From a virus (Duplodnaviria; Caudoviricetes): a stretch of 64,000 nt of DNA. The position numbers were made by a program, and so were the translations under genes. The stretch lies in the IMG/VR virus record IMGVR_UViG_3300021603_000005, positions 1 through 64,000 of that record. The stretch is one strand, 5' to 3'. Positions 8,339 to 17,798 of this stretch are shown one piece after another. Each line of letters begins with the position of its first letter. Position 1 is the first letter of the stretch. The notes beneath the pieces are model-generated. The model saw only the letters and a program-made list of their open reading frames with translations, had not been told where the DNA came from and did no database searches.

Positions 8339-8921
8339 GCCAACTAGAAACACGTAAGTCGTTGAAACGCAACGGGTTATGTGTGAAATGCATGTAAAAA
8401 CCACCTTTTATAATTCCGCCCCATTTCCCCTGTCCTCCTGGCCTATGTGTCTGGGTGTGGGGGGAGGGGTGTATTAGGGGTAGTAGAAGGTAAGGAACGA
8501 TAAGGGGTTACGACAGTCACGCCATCTGTAAGCCAACCCAAAACAACACAAGATATGGGGTGTATGACAGTTTCGTACACACAACATATATGGTGTATAG
8601 TAGCGCCATACACTGTATAGTTCAATTGTACATGTGCGCTAACCTTGATACAAATAGGGGGTAGTTATGACACTTAGGCAAACAGCCTGGACATTCATCA
8701 GGTCTGGGCGAATTGACAGGATGTTCCTGTTTTTCTTCCCGATTCACCGATGCAGGGGGCAATGGTTTTTCATGGTCCCCAAGTGGTACAACGGACATTT
8801 CCACATGACGAGTCTGAACAAGGCTCGTTTCTGATCTCCTCCTCTCCCCAGAGCGCCCCGCAAGGGGCGTGAGGGCGCTGGCGACCCGCGTAGGGCAGCA
8901 AAGTTAAGCGAAACAGATGGA

Positions 8922-9272
8922 GTGCATAATATGAAGACTGTCGAAGTCTACTTCATGAAAAAAGACTGGTTTGAAAAGGGTATTAACGGTGAGATACCCG
9001 ATATCAGTCTCGAATCAACGCATATCAAGATCGGAGAACTCCTATTGCCAGCCGATGGCAAGGATCTCTGTGAAAAGACCTATGATTACTATACTGTGGA
9101 TATCTGGGATGAGAAACACGCCGTCGCGGCAGTTGTCCGTGGAATCCACATGACAAAGACCAATGAGGCGGGAGTACACAGCGCGATGACTGTCGGTGAT
9201 TGTGTTGTTATCGACGGAGTTGTCTTCCTGTGCCGTGCTTCTGGCTTTGAAGCGATTGGGATGAAAAAATGA
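8922..9272 (+). CDS. YodL-like domain protein
   Basis: THIKIG...HSAMTVGDCVVIDG...GF resembles the YodL SxSVxD motif. Confidence 0.5.
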   Translation: MHNMKTVEVYFMKKDWFEKGINGEIPDISLESTHIKIGELLLPADGKDLCEKTYDYYTVDIWDEKHAVAAVVRGIHMTKTNEAGVHSAMTVGDCVVIDGVVFLCRASGFEAIGMKK

Positions 9273-9481
9273 ACAAGCTTCTACTTCGCAAGTCAACAAT
9301 CGGAATCATTGAGACAGCACATTACCCGGCAAAGTTTTACGCAGGCTTTATCCAGCAAAATGGCAACGAGTGGATTCCGTCGCACAATGACACCTGTTTT
9401 TTCCATCGATCACTGGAGTCGGCCAATAGGGCTTTCGACAAACTGGACAACGCGTTGTCAAGTTTCGGTTGCTGGGTTTAA
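9269..9481 (+). CDS. hypothetical protein
   Basis: ATGA overlap with upstream stop. Confidence 0.6.
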   Translation: MNKLLLRKSTIGIIETAHYPAKFYAGFIQQNGNEWIPSHNDTCFFHRSLESANRAFDKLDNALSSFGCWV

Positions 9482-9559
9482 TAGTTGGGATATATAAAAC
9501 AATACTTTCCGTCTCGCGGGAGTGTTGTCCTATATATGCCAATAACAATGGAGGATAAC

Positions 9560-9784
9560 ATGGCTAGTGGCATCTGCTGCGTTTGTCAAGGGGAGTTCCC
9601 TATCGTCATGGTCCCGTCAACTCCACAGGAAAGGGCAGTAACCGGCGAAAAAACCATTTTTGTTATGGCTGCGCACAATCAGTCATTCGGTCGCCTGTCC
9701 TGTGAAGGGTCTGGTACTGTTCCTCAAGCAATCTTGGCCAAAAGAGTAGACAAACGATGTGAAGATCGGAGGGCTTGTGTTTAG
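9560..9784 (+). CDS. hypothetical Cys/His protein
   Basis: GGAGG RBS; CxxC...H...CEGSG. Confidence 0.6.
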   Translation: MASGICCVCQGEFPIVMVPSTPQERAVTGEKTIFVMAAHNQSFGRLSCEGSGTVPQAILAKRVDKRCEDRRACV

Positions 9785-9936
9785 CAAGCGCCAGGTCATG
9801 TTCATAATACACATGATGCCTCCGGACGAGTTGGTCGACAAGCTCACCCAATTCTGCAATGCACAATAAGTAGTGTGTATAGTCCGTTCATACACGCTAT
9901 ATGTTGTATGTCAAGTAATCCCATAGGAGAAAAGCG

Positions 9937-10155
9937 ATGTCTATGAAGAATCTGTACAGGCGACTGTCGCCGTGGCTCTGTGTTGGTATCGCGAATTGTC
10001 TAATAGCTCTCGCGGCAATAGTGATACTCGCGATCAATGTTGTCGTTGACTACAAACAGCTAGACGGACAAAGCAAGATACTGGGGAAGATGATTATAGA
10101 GACCTGGGCGATACTGCTTTGGTCGATGAGTATATACAACAAGAGCAAGAAGTAA
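9937..10155 (+). CDS. small membrane protein
   Basis: AGGAG RBS; hydrophobic segments. Confidence 0.65.
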   Translation: MSMKNLYRRLSPWLCVGIANCLIALAAIVILAINVVVDYKQLDGQSKILGKMIIETWAILLWSMSIYNKSKK

Positions 10156-10402
10156 GTCGGTGTCTGGGGCATATATAGCAACATTTTGTGTGTCGAAGTG
10201 TTGTTATATATTTCTCAACATCAAGTAAAGGCGCGTAGGTTTCCGCACGGATGCCTCGCCTATTATGAGGCCCTGGAGGTGCTGTATAAAGCCTATGCCG
10301 AATCGCACGGGTATTCTCCGCAGTCCGATGGCCGTCCTGGCTATACGGAGTTAGATACGCTGTGGGGATGGATTTTTAGTCTGAATCTTCCGGGGATCGA
10401 CA

Positions 10403-10630
10403 ATGAAAAGAATAGAAGTCCACATAGGCTGGGATAACGAGTTGAATAAGTACTCTGCCTCCTACAAAATCGAAGGGGGCAAGTGGGTAGATCTTCAAAC
10501 CAGAAAAACCACTAGGGGGATTCAGTCCCTTGTGTCAAAAACCCTAGAAATCCTTTCTGGAGAAGAGGGATCAATCGCTACACTCAAGTGGTTTTCTATT
10601 CGTCCAGGCGACGAAGGGGTGATAAAGTGA
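10403..10630 (+). CDS. hypothetical protein
   Basis: Coupled ORF. Confidence 0.6.
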   Translation: MKRIEVHIGWDNELNKYSASYKIEGGKWVDLQTRKTTRGIQSLVSKTLEILSGEEGSIATLKWFSIRPGDEGVIK

Positions 10631-10842
10631 CAACGACTAACGAACTCACAAAAAAGCTGCGCGAAACAATCTCTCCAGCTATCTCTGGTGCTCTTCGAGA
10701 TGGACTGGATGTTTTTGAGGTTGTTTGCGCCATCTCTGAAGAACTTATTAGTGTGTCCAACGTTTCTCCCGAAACAACAGGGGGATACTTTGATAGGATT
10801 CGTTTGGTTCGAGTTGCCAATACTATGAAGGCGGCTCTATAA
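10627..10842 (+). CDS. hypothetical protein
   Basis: GTGA overlap, GGGGTG RBS. Confidence 0.55.
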   Translation: MTTTNELTKKLRETISPAISGALRDGLDVFEVVCAISEELISVSNVSPETTGGYFDRIRLVRVANTMKAAL

Positions 10843-10861
10843 CGTTTTTGAGTAATGGGAG

Positions 10862-11056
10862 TTGCACATGAAAGTAAGGTGTCATTTCAATTGTGTCGAC
10901 ATGTGCGTCGGATATACAATATTGGATACCGGCGAACAGTGTTGGCTTCCTGGTAGCGGTCGCGATGTTATTGCGTCGGGCGTCTACCGAATAAACCCTG
11001 GTTATTTTCCAACAGGGAAAACGGCACAAGAACTTTGGTGCTACGCCGCGAGATGA
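10862..11056 (+). CDS. hypothetical protein
   Basis: ORF with GGGAG RBS. Confidence 0.5.
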   Translation: MHMKVRCHFNCVDMCVGYTILDTGEQCWLPGSGRDVIASGVYRINPGYFPTGKTAQELWCYAAR

Positions 11057-11072
11057 AACTGGAGAACATGTC

Positions 11073-11552
11073 ATGAGGTATCGTGGAACACAGTATGGGT
11101 CTATCAATGAGGTCCATCGAGCTATCAAGAAAGCGGTTGATGATCAGAAGAGATGGATAGCTGAGCGAGGAACCAACATTTCCGGGTATCTCGTTCACTA
11201 TGGCAAAGAAACCGGACAAGCGATCTTTGATGCAGATCAAGCGACCCTTCGGATATTCGAAGAGAGGCTTGTTGAATTCGAGAGTCAACATCCTGAGATC
11301 GCGCAGGAACGACAACGACGGGAAGAAGAACATCAACGGAGACTTCAAGAATACAAGGAAAGGGCAGAGAAGTTCGCGATTGAGGAAGCTGAAGTCCTCA
11401 GTGGTATTCCGGAGGAGTTTCGCGACTGGTTCTCGTATAAGGCATATGAGAGGGGCCATTCCGCTGGATTCGACGAGGTTCTTGGGTGTCTTCGCGACAG
11501 CATCGATGGGTTTATGGACCATCTCAAGAAGTACGACGAAAATCGGTGTTAA
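11073..11552 (+). CDS. hypothetical coiled-coil protein
   Basis: GGAG RBS; AYERGHSAGFDEV motif typical of phage early proteins. Confidence 0.7.
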   Translation: MRYRGTQYGSINEVHRAIKKAVDDQKRWIAERGTNISGYLVHYGKETGQAIFDADQATLRIFEERLVEFESQHPEIAQERQRREEEHQRRLQEYKERAEKFAIEEAEVLSGIPEEFRDWFSYKAYERGHSAGFDEVLGCLRDSIDGFMDHLKKYDENRC

Positions 11553-11863
11553 TGAATGGGGCAATAAAAGTGCAAACATTGTTATTTATACGCGAATCAA
11601 CCACAGACAAGCAACACGCCACTAGAACGTGGCCATTTGCTACACACGAAAGACCGAAACGTGTCTGGACGTTGATTGGACAATGCGACGAAAACAAACC
11701 ACCAAGTCTTCCATACACACCAAAGCATCTAGACAATGCTTTCTTGGAGGACTATATCCACGATTGGGATCTGAGAGACCGAGTTGGTAGTGAAGAAAAG
11801 GTATTTCACTACTATTCGCGTGTGTCAGACGGCAGTGTGTGGCTTCTTCTGGAGTGGGATTAA
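11552..11863 (+). CDS. hypothetical protein
   Basis: TAATG coupling. Confidence 0.55.
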   Translation: MNGAIKVQTLLFIRESTTDKQHATRTWPFATHERPKRVWTLIGQCDENKPPSLPYTPKHLDNAFLEDYIHDWDLRDRVGSEEKVFHYYSRVSDGSVWLLLEWD

Positions 11864-11866
11864 CAA

Positions 11867-12421
11867 ATGAAGAGTGTCAAGTTTCGTTCGGTCGTCGAAT
11901 ATTCCATCATGTCTAACAATGACGAGTGGGTTTTGTACTCGGAAGAGGCTATTGATCGGAATGAGTTTGACAACCCAGAAGCAGGTCATCATTTAGTCTT
12001 CTGTCGACCAGTTTTTTCGTATGAACTCGAAGCAGGCTTGAATCCAAAGATATCTCGTTTTCCTCTTGGTTCAACTAAAGAGCCTGAAGTTACTCTTCTT
12101 CTTGACGCAATGGCTCGGTTAAAAGTGCAGATTAAGGAAAGAGGAGAGGTGTTCAAGCTACCGATTGAAAGATCGATTGTTCACTACATCGCGAATGCTT
12201 ACTACGATTGCATGTCAGGTGGTATGCCGTCGTATTGCGTCTCTATCATTCGCGAAGCAATCGAGAGATTAGGCGTCTCTTTGGATCTTGAGGTGTATCC
12301 AGGGGATGACGGATGGCATACTGTCGGGGATTTTATGGAAGATACAAAAGATGCTGAAAAACTCTCAGATCTTTTCAAACGATTTCTTCCCCAGGTTCCC
12401 GAGCAGTTTTTGCTTACTTGA
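11867..12421 (+). CDS. hypothetical protein
   Basis: 184-aa ORF. Confidence 0.7.
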   Translation: MKSVKFRSVVEYSIMSNNDEWVLYSEEAIDRNEFDNPEAGHHLVFCRPVFSYELEAGLNPKISRFPLGSTKEPEVTLLLDAMARLKVQIKERGEVFKLPIERSIVHYIANAYYDCMSGGMPSYCVSIIREAIERLGVSLDLEVYPGDDGWHTVGDFMEDTKDAEKLSDLFKRFLPQVPEQFLLT

Positions 12422-12599
12422 TATTTGAAAGGGCACGACGAACATATAGATAGTAGTGTAAGGAGGATCTGTATGCGGTAATCTAACGGATAGACGAACC
12501 ACTAACGTCTATAAACAAATTGTGGGGTGCCAGACAATAATAGAAGCGCTGCGGACTTGCCTATTATTCTAAGTGACTGGCTATAATTGTGCGATATTG

Positions 12600-12635
12600 G
12601 TCGGGGGTTGCCGCAAACCCCCTGACTTATTTTTT
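12600..12635 (+). terminator. intrinsic terminator
   Basis: GTCGGGGGTT/AACCCCCTGAC stem followed by a T-run. Confidence 0.75.
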
Positions 12636-12703
12636 GGTGACTATAAAACAACCTTTTGTCGTCTCGCACAAGGGTTGTTCTATACTTACCAGGAGGACAA
12701 TCT

Positions 12704-12862
12704 ATGTTAGATCAAGATATCAAGAAGGCAAAGCTTGATGTATTGTACGATTTGCGCAAGACTTTGACAAAACTCTTGATGAGCGAACCCGATTATTGTG
12801 CAATAGTCAAGGGGGCGCTTGACGCAATCGATAAGCACATTAAGGACAACGGAGGGGACTAG
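12704..12862 (+). CDS. hypothetical protein
   Basis: AGGAGG RBS. Confidence 0.6.
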   Translation: MLDQDIKKAKLDVLYDLRKTLTKLLMSEPDYCAIVKGALDAIDKHIKDNGGD

Positions 12863-12967
12863 TGGAGAAAAGATGCTGGTAGCCGGAAGAGAGAGGCGTT
12901 ACCTGTGACTACGACAGGGTGAACCCAGTCGACAGACTGCCAGAAGCCGTAGTATCTCCACATAATA

Positions 12968-13056
12968 GGCCGGGTGGCGAAATTGGCGAAACGCATGAGT
13001 CTTAAGAACTCATACCCTAGTGGTAAACATTGTGGGTTCGAATCCCACCCCGGCTA
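12968..13056 (+). tRNA. tRNA-Leu(UAA)
   Basis: TGAGT-CTTAAGA-ACTCA anticodon arm, long variable arm, GTGGG-TTCGAAT-CCCAC. Confidence 0.92.
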
Positions 13057-13085
13057 TTGTTGTTTACACAAATGAAAGGAACATC

Positions 13086-13331
13086 ATGACAAAGCAAGAA
13101 ATTCAGCAGGCAACGTCCATAGCAATGGATAGCAAGGTTGAACTATCGGGTGTAGACATCAGCGTGTTCAACGGATTTGGTTTACCGGATTTCAAACCGG
13201 TAAGAGTAACGATACGCCAAATCGCAAGGCTCATCAGATGGCAAGCAGTCATGTTCAACGGAGAACTTGACGCCGATATGTACAATAAGGTTGCTGACGC
13301 TGGCCGTAGAAAGTTTATGGTTTGCGGTTAG
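13086..13331 (+). CDS. hypothetical protein
   Basis: AAGGA RBS. Confidence 0.65.
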   Translation: MTKQEIQQATSIAMDSKVELSGVDISVFNGFGLPDFKPVRVTIRQIARLIRWQAVMFNGELDADMYNKVADAGRRKFMVCG

Positions 13332-13347
13332 TAAGAAAGGGAAAACA

Positions 13348-13551
13348 ATGCTTATCACAGTTAATGAATCAAGCCCAATGGTCTTATTCGAGTCGATCAA
13401 GAAAGGTGACTTGTTCTGTGACCGACACAATAGGGTCTATATCAAAATCGGCCAAGAATATGCGATAAGAATCGGGGCTGATATCGAGGTGCATAGAGAT
13501 TTCGTGGACCAGAGTGTCAAAAGGGTTAAGAACCTCGCGGTTACCGTGTAG
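13348..13551 (+). CDS. hypothetical protein
   Basis: RBS plus ATG. Confidence 0.6.
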   Translation: MLITVNESSPMVLFESIKKGDLFCDRHNRVYIKIGQEYAIRIGADIEVHRDFVDQSVKRVKNLAVTV

Positions 13552-13566
13552 ACCATGATTGTTGTA

Positions 13567-13641
13567 GGGCCTGTAGCTCAACTGGTTACGAGCACCGGTC
13601 TCATAAACCGGCGGTTCTGGGTTCGAGTCCCAGCAGGCCCA
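13567..13641 (+). tRNA. tRNA-Ile2(CAU) or elongator tRNA-Met
   Basis: GGGCCTG/CAGGCCC acceptor (Ile-like), CTCATAA loop, TTCGAGT T-loop. Confidence 0.88.
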
Positions 13642-13675
13642 TCCTGGTTTCACTAAACCGAAAGGACGATAAGAC

Positions 13676-13870
13676 ATGAATCGGTATGTAGAGGAAGAAT
13701 CGGAAGCAGCGACAGAAGTCGTCGATAAGGTAAAGGTGTTGTTTGACAACAACGATATAGCAACCGCAATTTTAGCAGCGGGTATCTTGGTTGCTGCGGA
13801 ATTGAGTTGTTTAACAACCCAACTGCACAACTCCTTACCAATCGTTGGAAATTGCAACAGGCGCGGATAA
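13676..13870 (+). CDS. hypothetical protein
   Basis: RBS plus ORF. Confidence 0.55.
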   Translation: MNRYVEEESEAATEVVDKVKVLFDNNDIATAILAAGILVAAELSCLTTQLHNSLPIVGNCNRRG

Positions 13871-13942
13871 CAACACAAGCCGATTAGCGTTTTGATGTTC
13901 AAAGCGCAAGGTGTTTTGGTATAACTTTTTAGGAGTCCAGAA

Positions 13943-14212
13943 ATGTCTGATACTAACAGAACAGAGAATCCTGTCAAGCCGTTCCAGATCGATTCAATCG
14001 ACATGAAAGATCGGGTTGTCACGTTGACAATTCGGTGTGACTGCATTGGATCTGTAGCAAACCAACTGAAAGCGTGTCCAGACGAGAGACGGTCGGTGTC
14101 GGCTGTCCGAAAGCTCGGTCATGTTTTGTCCGATGTCGGCAATGTCATCTTCGGAAACGACGAGATCGGCAAGTATCCTGCTCTCGAAGGGATTGATGTC
14201 ATTACTGAGTAA
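13943..14212 (+). CDS. hypothetical protein, paralog of 35165-35401
   Basis: AGGAG RBS; PF...DR.V..TIR.DC.G..AN.LK.CP shared with the paralog. Confidence 0.75.
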   Translation: MSDTNRTENPVKPFQIDSIDMKDRVVTLTIRCDCIGSVANQLKACPDERRSVSAVRKLGHVLSDVGNVIFGNDEIGKYPALEGIDVITE

Positions 14213-14243
14213 TCCTACCCTCGGAGCGCCTCGCAAGAGGCGT

Positions 14244-14315
14244 GGCCTCGTAGTGTAATCGGCAGCACGTTGGATTTTCGATCCAATAGTTCAAGTTCAA
14301 ATCTTGACGGGGCTA
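14244..14315 (+). tRNA. tRNA-Glu(UUC)
   Basis: GGCCTCG/CGGGGCT acceptor, TTGGA-TTTTCGA-TCCAA anticodon arm, TCAAG-TTCAAAT-CTTGA T-arm. Confidence 0.85.
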
Positions 14316-14319
14316 ATAA

Positions 14320-14838
14320 ATGAGAACTAGAAAACGAACCAAAAGTACGATTGGTAATTATCCATACAATGACTGTTGGATATATGGTCCAATGTACTGC
14401 AAATCTCGCGATAGATACATAGTAAGAATAACAAAAATAGGAGAAAATCGCACAACAGGTATAAACTATGCTCGGTATCTGATGTCTGTTCATCTCGGAA
14501 GAAAACTTAAACCAGAAGAACAGGTTGACCATATAAATAACAACCGCAAGGATGATAGAATAGAAAATTTACAGATTTTGACTCACTTACAAAATATTCA
14601 TAAATCAGCTAAGCATGGTATGGTATTGTTAAAATGTCCAGAATGCAATAGGAAGTTTCGTAGGAGAAGAAGAACTACACACCTTTCTAAAAAGAATAGA
14701 ATAACCCAATGTACATTTTGTACTAAGAGTTGTGCATCAAAATTTAGACAGAGACAAAAGCGAGAAGATGTTGCGAATAGAATATCCGCTAACGTAATAA
14801 GAGAATATACTGAATTCTTATATGGGGTCACAAGATGA
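14320..14838 (+). CDS. free-standing HNH endonuclease
   Basis: VDHINNNRKDDRIENLQIL plus C-terminal CxxC pairs. Confidence 0.9.
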   Translation: MRTRKRTKSTIGNYPYNDCWIYGPMYCKSRDRYIVRITKIGENRTTGINYARYLMSVHLGRKLKPEEQVDHINNNRKDDRIENLQILTHLQNIHKSAKHGMVLLKCPECNRKFRRRRRTTHLSKKNRITQCTFCTKSCASKFRQRQKREDVANRISANVIREYTEFLYGVTR

Positions 14839-14853
14839 AAGGGAACAACATCA

Positions 14854-15165
14854 ATGCTTGATGATAGGGGCGATCTTAGTCTGTCAAGAGCAAACGATAC
14901 AAATATCCCAGTAAACATCTTTATTAGTAAGATAGTTGATCAGGAAGATTCTGACTTTGGAAAATTCAGACTAACGGCAGACAATTTTATGCCAAGGCGT
15001 GCAAGTGTTTCGGGTGAAGCCTATGAAGCAGTTGCAGATAGTAGAGAAGAGTTTGTAGACTTCTTGAAAGAGATTCGTGAGTTGTACGCAACTGCGTTGA
15101 GCAAAATCGACGCAATGATAGACGGAAGCGAAACGAATCTTTATTATTGGTCGAGGAGGTTCTGA
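14854..15165 (+). CDS. hypothetical protein
   Basis: Coupled ORF. Confidence 0.6.
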   Translation: MLDDRGDLSLSRANDTNIPVNIFISKIVDQEDSDFGKFRLTADNFMPRRASVSGEAYEAVADSREEFVDFLKEIRELYATALSKIDAMIDGSETNLYYWSRRF

Positions 15166-15446
15166 TGAAACTGATACAAGGGTTTGAGATAATAATTCAT
15201 GGCATCTATCACGAACAATATTTTCCTGGTTGTGGATGCGCTTTTACTAGTTTCACAGACGTGGCGACCGGAATAGGTGAGTCTGCGCATGAAGCTGCCG
15301 AAGACGCTCTTGAGTTGCTATCCCAGAATGAGTGGAACGTAGATAAAAACAAGAGCCTTTTGCGGGACGTGAAAAGATTGAGTCGGTCGGTTGGTCGTGA
15401 TTTAGGCGACAATTGCTATTTCTATGTGTCAATCAAGGTCAAATAA
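15165..15446 (+). CDS. hypothetical protein
   Basis: GGAGG RBS. Confidence 0.7.
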   Translation: MKLIQGFEIIIHGIYHEQYFPGCGCAFTSFTDVATGIGESAHEAAEDALELLSQNEWNVDKNKSLLRDVKRLSRSVGRDLGDNCYFYVSIKVK

Positions 15447-15780
15447 TGGCATCTAGCAGAAGGAAACTGTGCAATAACGACAGAATCTGTCATCCCGTAC
15501 TGGGAAAATTGATAATTAGAGTCACACATAGAGACAACCATATTCCGCCAGATCTATGGGAAGCCATTGATATAAATGGCAAATTAGCGTGTCCGTGTGC
15601 ATTTAATGAACGTGGATTGCACTTTACACTTAAAAGATTTTCGCGTCACATGGGCGTGTATTCGTTCGTCTAGCAATCTTCTTGGTTTTTCATGAGAAAA
15701 ACAACTTAGTGGTGCTTCCTAATAGTTGGCATCGCTTCGCGCTCGGTAGGTGAAGCCGGGTTTTTCCTGTGAGGATACTA

Positions 15781-16026
15781 ATGGACAAAGAAACATGGGC
15801 AAAACTTTCTCCAGGTGAGAAAGAAGAGTACATCAATGCCATGATGGATGGGGTCAAGTCTGGACAATTGATTCACAAGAACCCTGAAGAAACAGACCCG
15901 GAAACCCCTCCTGCTTTTGTCATCGCGCCAATCATTGGCAGTTCTCGCCCCACGGGAAGAAATGACAAGTGTCCGTGTGGTAGTGGAAAGAAATACAAGA
16001 GGTGTTGTTCTAAAGAAATAAGGTAA
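15781..16026 (+). CDS. SEC-C motif protein
   Basis: [18 protein letters not shown]. Confidence 0.9.
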   Translation: MDKETWAKLSPGEKEEYINAMMDGVKSGQLIHKNPEETDPETPPAFVIAPIIGSSRPTGRNDKCPCGSGKKYKRCCSKEIR

Positions 16027-16033
16027 TTGACAA

Positions 16034-17002
16034 ATGAAACTAGAAGACATAGGATTCTATACCCTTTCCGATGATCGGGCAAGTCAAGCCTCTATCTCTA
16101 GTCCATTGTGGCGATGTGAACTGATTTTGACCGACAGATGCAACTTTCGGTGTCCATATTGCCGTGGGTTACGAGATGATATCAGTGGCACTATGCCCCT
16201 CGAATTCGCAAAGTATGTAGTATGCGAGTGGATTAGGCAGGGTTTACGAAACATTCGGTTTTCTGGCGGGGAACCGACTCTTTATGATGGTTTATGTGAG
16301 TTAGTAGACATTTGTAAGGATGGAAATGTTGAACGAATAGCCATCTCCACCAATGGCTCTGCCAACATCGAATTCTACCACGACTTAGTGAGGCGTGGAG
16401 TAAACGACTTCTCGATATCCTTGGACGGTGGTTGCTGTTCTATCGGCGACAGAATGTCCGGAACAAAAGGATCGTGGCCAAAGGTAATCGAGAATATTCG
16501 CAACCTATCAAAGATAACCTACACAACAGTGGGCATGGTGTTTACAGAAGACAATATTGATCAGTGTTTAGACAGCGTTATGTTCGCAGATAGTTTAGGT
16601 GTTTCGGATATTAGGGTAATACCAGCGGCTCAATACAACCAAGCCCTCAAGATACTGTCTGCGCTACCGGATGATATCTTAAGAAAGTATCCGATACTAA
16701 GATATCGAATCAACAACATAAACGCCGGTAGACATGTCAGAGGAATCGGTGATTCCGATTCAAAAAACTGTTGGCTAGTATTGGATGACATGGCCGTCGC
16801 TGGTAAATTTCATTTCCCCTGCATCATATATCTTAGGGAAGGCGGAAATCCAATCGGTTTGGTAGGCCCAAACATGAGAAAAGAAAGAAATGTGTGGGCC
16901 AAAAACCACGATTGTGCTAAAGATCCTATTTGCAGTAATATGTGTCTGGATGTGTGTGTGGACTACTGTAACAAGGTAAGGAGTTGTAACAAACAACAAT
17001 GA
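16034..17002 (+). CDS. radical SAM protein (MoaA-like)
   Basis: CNFRCPYC, SGGEP, STNG, C-terminal Cys cluster. Confidence 0.9.
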   Translation: MKLEDIGFYTLSDDRASQASISSPLWRCELILTDRCNFRCPYCRGLRDDISGTMPLEFAKYVVCEWIRQGLRNIRFSGGEPTLYDGLCELVDICKDGNVERIAISTNGSANIEFYHDLVRRGVNDFSISLDGGCCSIGDRMSGTKGSWPKVIENIRNLSKITYTTVGMVFTEDNIDQCLDSVMFADSLGVSDIRVIPAAQYNQALKILSALPDDILRKYPILRYRINNINAGRHVRGIGDSDSKNCWLVLDDMAVAGKFHFPCIIYLREGGNPIGLVGPNMRKERNVWAKNHDCAKDPICSNMCLDVCVDYCNKVRSCNKQQ

Positions 17003-17205
17003 GTATGGTATCTACAAGTTTTCATTCGGCTGTTGGTGCTGTACTAAGCATTTCAAAGAACTTTGAAACAAGAGTGCGACAAGAAGAACGACAATTGGCT
17101 GCTGGAAAAGCCAAGGCGTGGTGCAATTCACTATCGCACACGGGTCAAATATACACACTAACCGCACCTGAAATACAGGTGCTTATCGACACGTTATCTG
17201 AGTAA
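16999..17205 (+). CDS. hypothetical protein
   Basis: ATGA overlap. Confidence 0.55.
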   Translation: MSMVSTSFHSAVGAVLSISKNFETRVRQEERQLAAGKAKAWCNSLSHTGQIYTLTAPEIQVLIDTLSE

Positions 17206-17572
17206 TTATGGGGGTAAAATGAGGGACATTTTCCGAGAAGTCCATAAAGAAGTAGAAAAGTTGGTCGAACACGCCAAGTCTGTTGGTGCAAAAATTGAAC
17301 TGATAGACATGCTCATACACAACCTAGAACAAGCAAAGGTGAATCTGAGAAAAGGAATTAAGGAGAATTAACGTCATGGGAATATGGCAAATCATTCTTA
17401 TTGCGATAATGTTCTTATCGTTGATAGATGTATCAGTCAAAGAAGATGATCGCGGTAAGAGGATTCATGATATCTCAATTGTGCTTGCAAGAATCATACT
17501 ACTAAACGCCATCTTGTATCTTGGTGGATGGTATAACTAGCCATAGTTATATCAATACTTCGGAGCAACAAA

Positions 17573-17797
17573 ATGAGGATAATTGGAATAGTTCTAGACG
17601 GAAAAGAATTTGCTGGTATAGTACGAATACGCAGGGAAGGTGGAATCAATCTAACGATAGAGACTGTCTCCGGGTCTGTGTTATTCAAGAATACCAGTAT
17701 CTCAAAGGTCGCAGAAGTGCTGGACGGAAAAGGATCATTACCCAGCAAAGAGTTGACCAGATTGATCGATAGGGTCTCGCGACAAGAGGAGGTATGA
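17573..17797 (+). CDS. hypothetical protein
   Basis: GGAG RBS. Confidence 0.6.
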   Translation: MRIIGIVLDGKEFAGIVRIRREGGINLTIETVSGSVLFKNTSISKVAEVLDGKGSLPSKELTRLIDRVSRQEEV

Positions 17798-17798
17798 A

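Noticed and set aside
10968-14046. Long minus-strand ORFs (10968-11579, 13384-14046) and similar ones elsewhere
   Set aside because: Antisense shadows of RBS-bearing + strand genes and tRNAs, with no recognisable motifs
8082-15757. Shared 13-mer GGTAGGTGAAGCC in two intergenic hairpins (8082, 15745)
   Set aside because: Chance 13-mer matches are expected in 64 kb and there are only two copies; suggestive but insufficient
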